Positions 1-9,750 of a DNA stretch of 64,000 nucleotides are shown in pieces. The first letter of the stretch is position 1; every line of letters begins with the position of its first letter. The stretch is from assembly GCA_038245905.1 (NCBI GenBank), contig JBBRRY010000008.1, positions 32,205-96,204 of the forward strand. Reading direction: 5' to 3'. The translations under genes and the position numbers were made by a program. Source of the DNA: Thermoanaerobaculia bacterium (GTDB lineage: Bacteria > Acidobacteriota > Thermoanaerobaculia > UBA5066). The notes beneath the pieces are model-generated. The model searched no databases, was not told the origin of the DNA, and was given only the letters and a program-made list of their open reading frames with translations.

Positions 1-1471
1 AGGAGCCGTAGCCGCTGAGCCACACGGGGAACGGCCCGTCCTTGAGACCGCGCGTCTTCCCGTCCGCCGTCTTCGCGCGCCACACGATCGAGATCGGGAT
101 CTTCGTGCCGTCGGACGCCGTCGCCCACAGGCGGTCGGAGGCGTAGAGGCTGCGGTCGTAACCAGGGACTTCCACCTGCTTGAGCAGCTTCTCGGTCTTC
201 GCGTCCATGTCGTAGTCGAAGACCGAGCTCGGCGTTACGAGCGACTGGTAGCCGTACCTGAGGACGTTCGTGTCGAACACCCGGTTCGTTTCGGAGAAGA
301 CGGCATAGATCGGCTCTGGGAACGCGAGCGCATGAGAGGCCTGCGTCGTGAGGTTCCGGACGGTGATCCGCGGAAGCCCGTTCGTGCGCTCGTGAAGGAC
401 GAGGTGGTTCGCAAAGAGGTCGATTTCCTCGAGGAGGACGTCCGCGCGGTGGGGAACGATCTCCTTCCAGTTCGCCTTCCCCGGCGACGCCACGGGCGCC
501 GTCACGAGCCGGAAGTTGCGCCCGCCGGAGTTCGTGCGGATGTAGAAGAGGTCACCGCGGTGGTCGACGTCGTACTCGTGCTCCTGCTCCCGGGGGGCGA
601 CGACAGTCCACGCGCCCGTGGGGTCGTCGGCCTTCAGCACGCGCTCCTCGGACGTCGTGTGGCTGGCCACGTTAAGGACGAGGAACGCGCGGCTCCGCGT
701 CCGGCCGATCCCCGCGTTGAACCGCTCGTCCTTCTCCTCGTAAACGAGGACGTCCGCGGTCTGGGGCTCGAGCAGCCGGTGCCGGTACACGCGGTAGGGG
801 CGTTTCGCGGAATCCTCGACCGCGTAGAAGAGCGTCATGTTGTCGGCCGCCCATACCGCGCTCGTCGTCTTCTCGATCCGCTCGGGCCAGAGGGCGTTCG
901 CGCGCAGGTCCTTCACGAAAAGGGTGTACTGGCGGAAGCCCGTGTTGTCGGTCGAGTACGCGAGGAGGTTGCCGTCGTCACTCACGGCATACCGGCCGAG
1001 CGCCATGAACTTCTGGCCCTTCGCGAGCTCGTTCAGGTCGAGCGTGACGTGCTCGGACCCGTCGGGAAACTTCTTCCGGCAGTAGATCCGGTACTGCTTT
1101 CCCTTCTCCGTCCGGAAGTAGTACAGCCAATCGCCCTCGCGGTAGGGCACCGACAGGTCCGTCTCCTTGATGTGTCCCAGCAGCTCGGAATACAGCGCAC
1201 CCTGGAACGCCTCGGTGGGCTTCATCACCGCGGCCGTGTATGCGTTCTCGGCCTCGAGGTAGGCAGCGACCTCTGGGTTTGGCTTGTCCCGGAGCCAGGC
1301 GTATGGGTCGGATCGGGTCTCGCCGTGCAGCGTGAGGACCTTGTCGACTTTTCTGGCGACGGGTGGAGCCGGCGCCTGAGCGGCCGGTGTCTCGTCGGCG
1401 GAGGCGGGGGGCGTCGGTATCGACATGAGTATGGCGAGGAGGAGGGACGAGGACTTCAAAGGAGACTTCAA
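1..1471 (-). CDS. ptrB: Oligopeptidase B (S9A peptidase), 3' end runs off the window
   Basis: Manual translation (absent from the ORF track): signal peptide, then PVARKVDKVLTLHGETRSDPYAWLRDK..EVAAYLEAENAYT, ending at the window edge in PVWLSGYGS. Start may be TTG 1471, TTG 1459 or ATG 1426. Confidence 0.88.
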   Translation of the reverse strand, partial: MKSPLKSSSLLLAILMSIPTPPASADETPAAQAPAPPVARKVDKVLTLHGETRSDPYAWLRDKPNPEVAAYLEAENAYTAAVMKPTEAFQGALYSELLGHIKETDLSVPYREGDWLYYFRTEKGKQYRIYCRKKFPDGSEHVTLDLNELAKGQKFMALGRYAVSDDGNLLAYSTDNTGFRQYTLFVKDLRANALWPERIEKTTSAVWAADNMTLFYAVEDSAKRPYRVYRHRLLEPQTADVLVYEEKDERFNAGIGRTRSRAFLVLNVASHTTSEERVLKADDPTGAWTVVAPREQEHEYDVDHRGDLFYIRTNSGGRNFRLVTAPVASPGKANWKEIVPHRADVLLEEIDLFANHLVLHERTNGLPRITVRNLTTQASHALAFPEPIYAVFSETNRVFDTNVLRYGYQSLVTPSSVFDYDMDAKTEKLLKQVEVPGYDRSLYASDRLWATASDGTKIPISIVWRAKTADGKTRGLKDGPFPVWLSGYGS

Positions 1472-1522
1472 AGCGTCCTCCGATCTCAGGCCAGGAGAGT
1501 AACTCACGGGCGCCGCGCCGTT

Positions 1523-2701
1523 CTAGAACGACCCGCCCGCGCCTCCCCCGCCGAAGCTGCCTCCTCCGCCCTGGAAACCCGGCTCGACGGGTGGCCGCGC
1601 CTCCGGAGCGTGCGCGGCCACGACCGGGACGAGCTCCAGCGCACGAAGGCGCGCCTCGTCGGCGAAGAGAGGCTCCGCCGTGAACCCGTTCCGCTCCGCT
1701 TCCGGGCCCTTCGAGAGCCAGCGGTTCAGCGCGAGCGCGAGGAGAACGAGGGCGCCGCCCGCGAACGTCAGGACGAGCCACGTCTCCGCAATGTGGACGT
1801 AGTGCCGGAGCGTGATCAGGGAGAGCGCGGCCAGGAGGATTCCCGTGTCGAGCACGAACGTCCGGCGTGAGCGAATTCCCCACCAGAGGACGGCGACGGG
1901 GAGGAACGCGGTCCCTAGAATCGACGAGATCCGCTCCCGAAAGCGCGGCCCGGGGAGTTCCAGGCCGGCGCCCCGGAGGTTCTCGACGAAGCGGTGGTCG
2001 AGCGCGTAGAGGTTCACGGCGGCGTACACACCCAGGAGCCCGGCGACGACGAGAGCGGCCGCGCATCTCCGATGGGACGGCGCCCACGAAGACCGGTCGA
2101 GGAACCGTTCGAAAAGAAACGTGAGCGCGACGCCGCAGACGACCCAGAGGAGGCGGCCCCCGGGCGCGCGCCCGAGAAGGAGGAACAGCAAGACGGCAGC
2201 GAAAAAAGCCCACACGGGGCTCCCCCAGCGCCAGGCGGCAAACGCACACGCCGTAAGCGCGGCGAGAAGGAGCAGCGTCATGCCTTCTCTCTCGCGCACT
2301 TTCAGCGTCTCCTCCAGGAACAGGAAGACGGCGGCGAGAAAGAAGACGATTCCCCAGAACGCTGTCGCGCCGGCGCCCCCGCGGAGCGCGAGAGCGGGTG
2401 ACCGCTCCTGGACTTCCGCCGCGACGACGCAGAGGGCCGAAAGGAGGAAGAGGAGCAGGGGCGCGGTTCCGATCGGCGGACGGAATGCGATCAAGAACGC
2501 CGCCGTGAGGAGCAAGAGGGCCGCCGTCACGAAGAACGCCGTCAGGAGCCTCCACAGGGGCGCCGGCAGCGGGCGTTGTTCCGGATATCGCCGGGAGATT
2601 TCTTCGAAGGTGCTCTCGTCGACGGCTCCGGCCCTCTTCCAGCCATCTGCCGCGGCGCGAACCTCCTCGACGCGCTCGAAGGCGACCCATTCACTTTTCA
2701 T
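1523..2701 (-). CDS. Multi-pass membrane protein with Gly-rich tail (GGGGSFGGGGAGGSF)
   Basis: About 10 hydrophobic segments. ATG 2701 overlaps the end of the upstream DUF2157-like gene. Confidence 0.75.
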   Translation of the reverse strand: MKSEWVAFERVEEVRAAADGWKRAGAVDESTFEEISRRYPEQRPLPAPLWRLLTAFFVTAALLLLTAAFLIAFRPPIGTAPLLLFLLSALCVVAAEVQERSPALALRGGAGATAFWGIVFFLAAVFLFLEETLKVREREGMTLLLLAALTACAFAAWRWGSPVWAFFAAVLLFLLLGRAPGGRLLWVVCGVALTFLFERFLDRSSWAPSHRRCAAALVVAGLLGVYAAVNLYALDHRFVENLRGAGLELPGPRFRERISSILGTAFLPVAVLWWGIRSRRTFVLDTGILLAALSLITLRHYVHIAETWLVLTFAGGALVLLALALNRWLSKGPEAERNGFTAEPLFADEARLRALELVPVVAAHAPEARPPVEPGFQGGGGSFGGGGAGGSF

Positions 2702-3665
2702 GGAATCCCATCCGGCGCCGAGCGAAGACGATGAAGAAGAGCGCCACAGCGGCGCTCGCGGCGGCAAGGAGGAAGGCCGCGCCCGAATCCGCATTCGACC
2801 CCTGGAAGATCACCCTCTGGAGGCCCAACCACGAGGCCACGACCGCGAGACCGAGAGGAAGCGTTCGGCCCGCGCGCAAGGCGACAAAAGCCGTCGCTCC
2901 GGCCGCGAGAAACAGGGCGAGTAGCCAGGCGCCCCATCCGTCACCTCTCTCGCCGAACACGCCCGAGAGGAGGCCGCCGAACACGAGCAGCAGGCCGGCG
3001 TTCACGTACACGTCTTCGAAGTGCGCCTTCCATTGGCGGCGAGCCGCCGCGACGCCCACGACGACGAACAGGGCCCCGCACGCGAGCGCCTCGGTGCGAA
3101 GACGCGCTGGGTCGCCGGCGCCAAGCGAGGCCCCCTTGAGGCTCACCGCGATCCCACGCCAAGCGGCAAACGACGCGAGCGCGAGGGAGAGCAACATCTT
3201 CGAATCGAAGCGGTACGCTAGGAGCACGTAGAACACCGCGACGACGAGAAGATGCCAGGGCCAGCCCGGCCCCAGGATGCGGACCTGGGTCTCGAGATAC
3301 GCGAGATCGGTCGCGACGAGGAGAGCGCCCAGAAGAAGCACGTAGTCGAAGGCGGCATGTGTCGACGCGGCCGCCCGCCACGTGAAGGGCACGGACCTCC
3401 GCCAGGCCCAGACGAGGCAGGCCGCCGCCGCGAGGCCGATCGCGAGCCCGATCGCCGCCGGACCTATCCGCTCCCGGTTCTCTTTCACGAAAAGGGCGAT
3501 CCCGCCGGTCAGAAGAAGCACGCCGGCGTAGAGCGCAGCCCTGATCTCGAGCCGCACGGATACGAGCTCGCGCCGCGCGACGCGCGAGAAGAGTCGCGCC
3601 CGGGACTCCGTCAGCACGCCCTCTTCCCGGAGGTGCTCGACGGCCAGCACGACGTCAGGATTCAC
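2691..3665 (-). CDS. DUF2157-like membrane protein
   Basis: ELVSVRLEIRAALYAGVLLLTGG followed by many TM helices. GTG 3665 is preceded by TATGCT at 6 nt. Confidence 0.7.
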   Translation of the reverse strand: MNPDVVLAVEHLREEGVLTESRARLFSRVARRELVSVRLEIRAALYAGVLLLTGGIALFVKENRERIGPAAIGLAIGLAAAACLVWAWRRSVPFTWRAAASTHAAFDYVLLLGALLVATDLAYLETQVRILGPGWPWHLLVVAVFYVLLAYRFDSKMLLSLALASFAAWRGIAVSLKGASLGAGDPARLRTEALACGALFVVVGVAAARRQWKAHFEDVYVNAGLLLVFGGLLSGVFGERGDGWGAWLLALFLAAGATAFVALRAGRTLPLGLAVVASWLGLQRVIFQGSNADSGAAFLLAAASAAVALFFIVFARRRMGFHEK

Positions 3666-3719
3666 GCTCCCAGCATACGGCCCCTTGCCCGCCGCTCTCG
3701 CCCATGTCAACCTTTGCCC

Positions 3720-4616
3720 GTGCCGCTGCGGATTCTCGTCACCGGTGCCGGGGGCCAGCTTGGAGGCGTCCTCGTGCGCGAGCTGCGCCGTGGAGGCCAC
3801 GAGGTCGCGGCCTTGACGCGGGCAGCCCTGGACGTGACCAGGCCCGAGCAGGTGCTCGAGCGCGTCGGAAAGCTCCGGCCGCAGGCGGTCGTGAACGCGA
3901 CGGTCTTCGGTGTCGAGGAGTCCGAGGACGATCCGAAGACCGCACTTGCCGTGAACGCCTTCGCCGTGCGCACTCTCGCGGAGGCCTGCGAGGTTTCCAA
4001 CGCGACGTTCCTCCATTTCTCGTCCGATTTCGTCTTCGACGGCACGGCGACGTCGCCGTATCGCGAGACGGACCGGCCCAATCCGGGCAGCGTCTACGGC
4101 GCGACGAAGCTGCTCGGCGAGATCTACGCCCAGTCGGTGCCGCGGCACTTCGTCCTGCGCGTCGAGAGCCTCTTCGGTATCCGGGAAGGAAAGAGCACGA
4201 TCGACCGGATGTGCGTGGACATCCGCGCGGGCCGCACGGTGAGCGCGTTCTACGACCGCACGGTCTCTCCGGCGTTCGTGGACGACGTCGCGGCCGCGAC
4301 CCGGCGCCTCCTCGAAGGGAAGGCTCCCTCGGGTATCTACCACTGCGTGAATGCCGGGTTCACCACGTGGCACGAGCTCTCCCTGGAGCTCGTGCGCCAG
4401 ATTGGGAGCACCTCGAACGTCGTGCCGGTCTCCGCGGACGCACTCGCGAGCAGGGTGATCCGGCCGAAATTCGCCGCGCTCTCGAACGAGAAGCTCGCAA
4501 ACCTCGGCATCGAGCTGCCCGCCTGGCAGAGCGCGCTCGGCAGGGCGCTCCTTGCGCCCTCGCCCACCGCGACGCCGATCCCGCTCTCCGGAGTCCGGCC
4601 GGCGCCGAGGCCCTAG
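3720..4616 (+). CDS. rfbD: dTDP-4-dehydrorhamnose reductase (RmlD-like SDR)
   Basis: ILVTGAGGQLG, HFSSDFVFDG and YGATK (YxxxK) motifs. Confidence 0.85.
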   Translation: MPLRILVTGAGGQLGGVLVRELRRGGHEVAALTRAALDVTRPEQVLERVGKLRPQAVVNATVFGVEESEDDPKTALAVNAFAVRTLAEACEVSNATFLHFSSDFVFDGTATSPYRETDRPNPGSVYGATKLLGEIYAQSVPRHFVLRVESLFGIREGKSTIDRMCVDIRAGRTVSAFYDRTVSPAFVDDVAAATRRLLEGKAPSGIYHCVNAGFTTWHELSLELVRQIGSTSNVVPVSADALASRVIRPKFAALSNEKLANLGIELPAWQSALGRALLAPSPTATPIPLSGVRPAPRP

Positions 4617-4625
4617 AGCCGGTCG

Positions 4626-5003
4626 CTAGCGCCCTGCCGCCACGAGAAACACCCAGTTCGAGACGAGCGCGAGCCCGAGCGCGATGCGAATGCCCCACGT
4701 CGGATTCGGGACGCGCACGTCCCTCCCCAGGGCGGCCAGTCCGAGCGCGGCGATCCCTCCGATCGCGAACAGGATTCCCGCAATCGCCACGAGCGGGTTC
4801 CAGGTGAACGCGGCCAGGAGCTCGAGCCGGCCGAGGGCTAGGAGAGCCCGCGTGCCCCCGCACGTGGCGCACGGGAATCCCGTGAGCCAGTGAAACGGGC
4901 AGGGCGGCAGTCCCTTCGCGAGAATCGGCGCAAGCGGGGCGGCCGCGGCACAGACGAGCACCGCGCCGCCCCAGAGGAACCCGAGCTGCCTGCCCGGTGT
5001 CAT
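4626..5003 (-). CDS. DUF2752-like small membrane protein
   Basis: CPFHWLTGFPCATCGGTRA signature. ATG 5003 directly follows the Yip1 stop. Confidence 0.8.
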   Translation of the reverse strand: MTPGRQLGFLWGGAVLVCAAAAPLAPILAKGLPPCPFHWLTGFPCATCGGTRALLALGRLELLAAFTWNPLVAIAGILFAIGGIAALGLAALGRDVRVPNPTWGIRIALGLALVSNWVFLVAAGR

Positions 5004-5005
5004 GC

Positions 5006-5692
5006 TCAGCGGCTGAAAGCTCTCATCATCGCGGCGCCGGCGAAAATGGCGCCGACCGCGATGCACACGCAGCAGACGATCGTCGGAAGGAGGATCCCGA
5101 GGAGGGCCTTGCCTTGCGTCGTCTTGTGCATCTGCTGCGCGCCGATCACGACGAGGTACGCCGCCCACACGCCGGCCACGAGACCGCCGAGGAGCGGGAC
5201 GACGTTCGCGACGTTCGCGACGCTCGCGTAGCACAGGAGACGGAACGTGCCCTCGAACTGCGATTTCGACGACGTCAGCGCCCCGACGATCATGAACGAG
5301 ACGTGGATGATCGCCGCTGCGATGAAGAGCCCGCACGCGACGAACAGGGGGCCCAGAATCACCTGGACGATGAGGGAGCTTCCTCCTCCCATCCGCGTGA
5401 GCCCCGCATACTGCGCGGGGAGCATGCTCGTGAGGCCGGCGCCGAAGATCGTTCCCCAGAGCGCCCGGAAGACGAGGCCGACCCAGCCGACGATCACGCC
5501 GAAGAGAAGAGGCCGCACGTAGTCGCCCGTCTCCCGAGTCAGGCGCCACGCCTGCGCGGGATCCTTGATGAAGAGGAGCGCCGTGTCGAGGAAGGGCTGA
5601 GGCCCGAGGGCCTGCGTTTCCCAGGGGAGACCGCCCGAAATGGCGGGCGGCGGCACGTACGGGAGAGGGGGCGGCGGGGGCACACTCGACAT
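5006..5692 (-). CDS. Yip1-family membrane protein
   Basis: LPWE motif, about 5 TM helices, FEGTFRLLCYAS. GGAGG SD upstream. Confidence 0.8.
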   Translation of the reverse strand: MSSVPPPPPLPYVPPPAISGGLPWETQALGPQPFLDTALLFIKDPAQAWRLTRETGDYVRPLLFGVIVGWVGLVFRALWGTIFGAGLTSMLPAQYAGLTRMGGGSSLIVQVILGPLFVACGLFIAAAIIHVSFMIVGALTSSKSQFEGTFRLLCYASVANVANVVPLLGGLVAGVWAAYLVVIGAQQMHKTTQGKALLGILLPTIVCCVCIAVGAIFAGAAMMRAFSR

Positions 5693-5775
5693 GGGACCTC
5701 CTCGATGCGGCTTCTGACTTTGTACGGTGGATCCTATCGCTGCTACGCTTGCGGGACGAAATACCGGGGGTCACC

Positions 5776-7818
5776 ATGCGCGCTTCGCGCCCGCTTCTCT
5801 TCCTCTCAGTCCTTCTCGCCGCCTCGCCTCTCGCCTTCGCGGGCGCCGATCCGCCGGCGAAGAGGAAGTTCGGCGTGGACGAGATCTGGGCCGTCGCGCG
5901 TGTCGGAACGCCCGTCCTCTCCCCGGACGGCAAGCGCGTCGCCTACACGGTTGCCGCGTATGACATGGAGGAGAACAAGTCGAACGCCGATGTCTGGCTG
6001 CTCGAGCTCGCCGGCGGCGCGCCGCGGCGCCTGACGACGAACAAGGCGTCGGACACCTCACCGGCGTTCAGCCCCGACGGCCGGCGCCTCCTGTTTCTCT
6101 CCAAGCGCGACGGGGACGCGGCGACGGAGCTCTACGTCCTCCCCATCGACGGCGGGGAGGCGGAGCGCGTCACGGACATGCCGACATCGGTCGCGAGCGC
6201 GAAGTGGTTCCCGGACGGAAAGAAGATCGCCTTCCTCGCGAGCGTCGTGGCCGGCGCCGAGTCCCCCGAGGACACGAAGAAGGCCATCGAGAAGCGCGAG
6301 AAAGACAAGGTCAAGGCGCGCGTCACGGAGAACCGCCTTTATCGCTACTGGGACCACTGGCTCACGGACCAAGAGTTCACGCACCTATTCGTCGTCGACC
6401 TCGCGACGAAGAAAGTCACCGATCTCACGCCCGGGAGCCGCCGGATCCTCGGGCTCGACGAGGGCGGCGCCTTCGACATCGCACCGGACGGTCAGTCACT
6501 CGTCTTCTCGGCAAACAGCGCCCCCGAACCGTACGAGACGCTCAACTGGGACATCTTCCTCGTTCCGGCCGCGGGCGGCGAGGCGCGAAACCTCACGCCG
6601 TCGCGGAACGTCGACGACACGAATCCCGTTTTTTCTCCCGACGGAAAGACGATTGCCTTCGGCACGCAAGCGAAAGCCGACGGCTGGCCGGACTACACGC
6701 GCCTCGCGCTCCTCGACGTCGCGAGCGGCAAGGTCACGCTGCTGACGGAGGGCTGGGAGAACGGAACAGGCGGCTGGACGTTCACGAAGGACGGCAAGGC
6801 GCTCGTCTTCACGGCCGAGGTCCGCGCGCGGACGAGCGTCTACGCCGTGCCCACGGCCGGAGGCGCTCCACGGGAGATCTGGAAGGGCGGCTCGGCCTCG
6901 GGCCCCGTCGTGACGGCGGGCGGCGAGATCGTGTTCCAGCGAAGCGACCTGAATCATCCCCCCGAGCTGGCCTCCGTGAAGCTCGACGGCATGGGATTCC
7001 GCGCCCTCACGAGCGTCAACGACGCCCGCGTCGCCTCCTGGGATCTCGGCGCCGTGAAGGAGAAGACCTTCGCCGGCGCAAACGGCGAGGACGTGCAGAT
7101 GTTCGTCGTGTACCCGCCCGGCTTCGACGCTTCGAAGAAATACCCGCTCGTCCAGCTCGTCCACGGCGGCCCTGTCGGCACGTTCGGGGACGCCTTCTCG
7201 TTTCGATGGAACCCGCACGCCTTCGCCGCGCCGGGGTATGTGGTCGCGATGGTGAACTTCCACGGGTCGTCCAGCTTCGGACAGAAATGGGTCGAGTCGA
7301 TCCTTGGCGCGCACCCCGACAAGCCGTTCACGGACGTCATGAAGGCCACGGACTTCCTCGTCGCCGAGGGGAACGTCGACGAGACGCGGTTGGCCGCGGC
7401 CGGAGGCTCGTATGGCGGCTTCCTCGTGAACTGGATCGCGGGCCACACGGACCGCTTCAAGTGCCTCGTGAGCCACGCCGGGGTTTACGACCTCATGGCG
7501 CAGTTCGCCTCCGACAGCACCTTCGGCCGGCACCACAGCTATGGCGGCTCCCCGTTCCGGAACCGCGACAACGTCGAGAAGTGGAGCCCGAACCGCTACG
7601 CGGAGAATTTCCGGACGCCGGTCCTCATCCTCCATGGCGAACGCGACTATCGCGTGCCCATCGGGCAGGGCCTCGAGTTCTACGGCACGCTCACGGCGAA
7701 AGGCGTCCCCGCGCGGCTCGTCTACTACCCGGACGAAAACCATTGGGTCCTCAAGGGGCAGAACGCGAAGCACTGGTATGGCGAGGTCCACGCCTGGCTC
7801 GCTCGCTGGCTCAAGTGA
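5776..7818 (+). CDS. S9C peptidase (dipeptidyl-peptidase 5/acylaminoacyl peptidase-like) with PD40 propeller
   Basis: Signal peptide, SPDGK repeats, HGGP, GGSYGG nucleophile, DYRVP and ENHW triad motifs. Confidence 0.92.
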   Translation: MRASRPLLFLSVLLAASPLAFAGADPPAKRKFGVDEIWAVARVGTPVLSPDGKRVAYTVAAYDMEENKSNADVWLLELAGGAPRRLTTNKASDTSPAFSPDGRRLLFLSKRDGDAATELYVLPIDGGEAERVTDMPTSVASAKWFPDGKKIAFLASVVAGAESPEDTKKAIEKREKDKVKARVTENRLYRYWDHWLTDQEFTHLFVVDLATKKVTDLTPGSRRILGLDEGGAFDIAPDGQSLVFSANSAPEPYETLNWDIFLVPAAGGEARNLTPSRNVDDTNPVFSPDGKTIAFGTQAKADGWPDYTRLALLDVASGKVTLLTEGWENGTGGWTFTKDGKALVFTAEVRARTSVYAVPTAGGAPREIWKGGSASGPVVTAGGEIVFQRSDLNHPPELASVKLDGMGFRALTSVNDARVASWDLGAVKEKTFAGANGEDVQMFVVYPPGFDASKKYPLVQLVHGGPVGTFGDAFSFRWNPHAFAAPGYVVAMVNFHGSSSFGQKWVESILGAHPDKPFTDVMKATDFLVAEGNVDETRLAAAGGSYGGFLVNWIAGHTDRFKCLVSHAGVYDLMAQFASDSTFGRHHSYGGSPFRNRDNVEKWSPNRYAENFRTPVLILHGERDYRVPIGQGLEFYGTLTAKGVPARLVYYPDENHWVLKGQNAKHWYGEVHAWLARWLK

Positions 7819-7822
7819 CGCC

Positions 7823-8107
7823 GTGAAGTACACGACTCTCGGCCGCACGGGCGTCACGGTCTCGCGGCTCTGCCTCGGCTGCATGAGCTACGGGACGCCC
7901 GAGTGGCGCCCCTGGATTCTCGACGAGAAGGCGGCACAGCCGTTCTTTCGCCGGGCGATCGAGGCCGGCGTCAACTTCTTCGACACCGCCGACATGTATT
8001 CACTCGGCGTCAGCGAGGAGATCACCGGACGGGCCCTCCGCATGCCGGACGAGATCGGCGCGCTCGAGGCGCCGTATCTCCCGCACGCGGTTCGCGGCTT
8101 CACGTGA
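7823..8107 (+). pseudogene. Aldo/keto reductase with large internal in-frame deletion (94 aa)
   Basis: AKR N-terminus (LGRTGVTVSRLCLGCMSYG..NFFDTADMYSLGVSEEITGRAL) joined directly to an AKR-like C-terminus (DEIGALEAPYLPHAVRGF). Confidence 0.8.
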
Positions 8108-8943
8108 CGATTCCCATCGGGGCGGCCTGGCTCGGTGGACTCGCGCTTCTGGCAGGTGCTGGAGTCGGATGGGCCGTCCGGGGATTCCTCGCGCGGCGGA
8201 CCGACGCCTCGATGCGGGCCCTCGAAGTCGAGCTCAGAAAGAAAGATGAGGAACTGAGTGCGGCGCAGGACCTCCTGGCCGAGACGTCGCTCACGGACGC
8301 CCTGACCGGCGTGCACAATCAGCGCTTCGTCGACGCCGCGATCGGTATGCTGCTCGCTCCGGCGCGGAGGGCCGCTCGCGAAGGCGATCCGCCCCCCGAC
8401 TACGTCGCGCTGATGCTGGCGGAAGTCGACGACTTCGACCGGATCGACGCGGGCGGGCGCGAGGTGGGCGACGCGCTCCTACGCGACACGGCGCGCTCCC
8501 TCCTCCCGTTCGTGCGGGGCGGGACGATCGTCGCGCGCTGGACCGAGACGACGTTCCTGATCGTCGCGCGCATCCGTTTCGCGGGCGAGGCGCGCGCCCT
8601 GGCGGCGCGCCTCAGGACCTCCGTCGCCGCGAACGTGCGCACAGGGAAGGATGCCCGGTCCGTGACGCTCTCTCTGGGTTTTTCGATCGAACCGCTCTCG
8701 CGCGCGCACCCGCATCTCGCGTCGTTTCGCGACCACCTCGCGCTCGTGGATGCCGCTCTCCGGCGGGCGCAGCAGCAGGGGGGCAACCGAGCCGTCGGCT
8801 GGCGGGCGAACGACGAGGCCTTCGAGCGCGCGATCGCCGCGCGCGGAGAAGCTGGCGTCGCGACGCTCCTGCGCACCGATCCCGCCACCGCGGAGGCCGA
8901 AGGGCTGATCAGTCAGGCCGTGGAACGCGGAGAATCCGCGTAG
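8104..8943 (+). CDS. Membrane-anchored degenerate GGDEF-domain protein
   Basis: N-terminal TM, coiled coil, TDALTGVHN and EVDDFDRI, but the A-site reads ARWTETTF instead of RxGGEEF. Confidence 0.75.
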   Translation: MTIPIGAAWLGGLALLAGAGVGWAVRGFLARRTDASMRALEVELRKKDEELSAAQDLLAETSLTDALTGVHNQRFVDAAIGMLLAPARRAAREGDPPPDYVALMLAEVDDFDRIDAGGREVGDALLRDTARSLLPFVRGGTIVARWTETTFLIVARIRFAGEARALAARLRTSVAANVRTGKDARSVTLSLGFSIEPLSRAHPHLASFRDHLALVDAALRRAQQQGGNRAVGWRANDEAFERAIAARGEAGVATLLRTDPATAEAEGLISQAVERGESA

Positions 8944-8945
8944 TC

Positions 8946-9749
8946 ATGAAGGCGAGCTCTCTCGCGCTCAACATCGTCGGCACGTTCCTCTGGGCCCCGA
9001 TGGCCCTTCTTCTCCTGTCGGCAGCCCGACTGGTCGCGGGCGCCCCCCTGCCGCCGGCACTCGCCCACCCGAAGCCGGGGCCGGTCGATCCTCTCGCCGA
9101 TTCCATCTACCAGCGAGGGGACAGGGCCTTCCAGGCGCAGGACTACCGCCGCGCGCTCCCGGACATCTCCGAGGCGGCGCGGCGCGGGAGCCCGAAGGCG
9201 CAGAACGTCCTCGGAATGATGTACGAGGACGGACAGGGCGTGGCGAGAGACCCCGGCAGGGCCCGCGTTTTCTACGAACAGTCCGCGGCGCAGGGCTATC
9301 GCGCGGCGCAGTTTGCGCTCGGCTCCCTCTACGAATACGGAACGGGCGTTCAGAAGAATTCCGAAATGGCCGCCGCTCTCTTCCAGCTCGCCGCCGAACA
9401 GCGCCTGGGAGTGGCCGAGGCCGAGCTCGGCATGCTCTACGAGCTGGGCGAAGGAGTTCCTCGGGACAGGAAGAAGGCGATTTACTGGCTTTCGATGTCC
9501 GGCTCGCAGGGCGACGGTCGCGCGCAATGGATCGCGGACTGGCTGCGCCGGCCGGAGACGCCGCGCTTCAGAAACGAGCGTGAGTTTGCCTATTACATCG
9601 ACTCGCAGGTCGCCGCGTACTACTGGTCGCAAATTCCCCAGGAAGGCGGCGTCCATCGCGCGCCCACGTCCTCGTACCAATGCCGCGACAACAACGTGAG
9701 CTTAAGGTGGTCCGCGACTTGCGCCGCCTTGAAGCGCGAAGGAAGGTGA
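8946..9749 (+). CDS. Sel1-like repeat secreted protein
   Basis: AQNVLGMMYEDGQGV, AQFALGSLYEYGTGV and AEAELGMLYELGEGV repeats. Confidence 0.88.
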   Translation: MKASSLALNIVGTFLWAPMALLLLSAARLVAGAPLPPALAHPKPGPVDPLADSIYQRGDRAFQAQDYRRALPDISEAARRGSPKAQNVLGMMYEDGQGVARDPGRARVFYEQSAAQGYRAAQFALGSLYEYGTGVQKNSEMAAALFQLAAEQRLGVAEAELGMLYELGEGVPRDRKKAIYWLSMSGSQGDGRAQWIADWLRRPETPRFRNEREFAYYIDSQVAAYYWSQIPQEGGVHRAPTSSYQCRDNNVSLRWSATCAALKREGR

Positions 9750-9750
9750 G

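Noticed and set aside
332-1870. 512-aa plus-strand ORF
   Set aside because: Antisense shadow of oligopeptidase B; Arg/Val-rich with no motifs.
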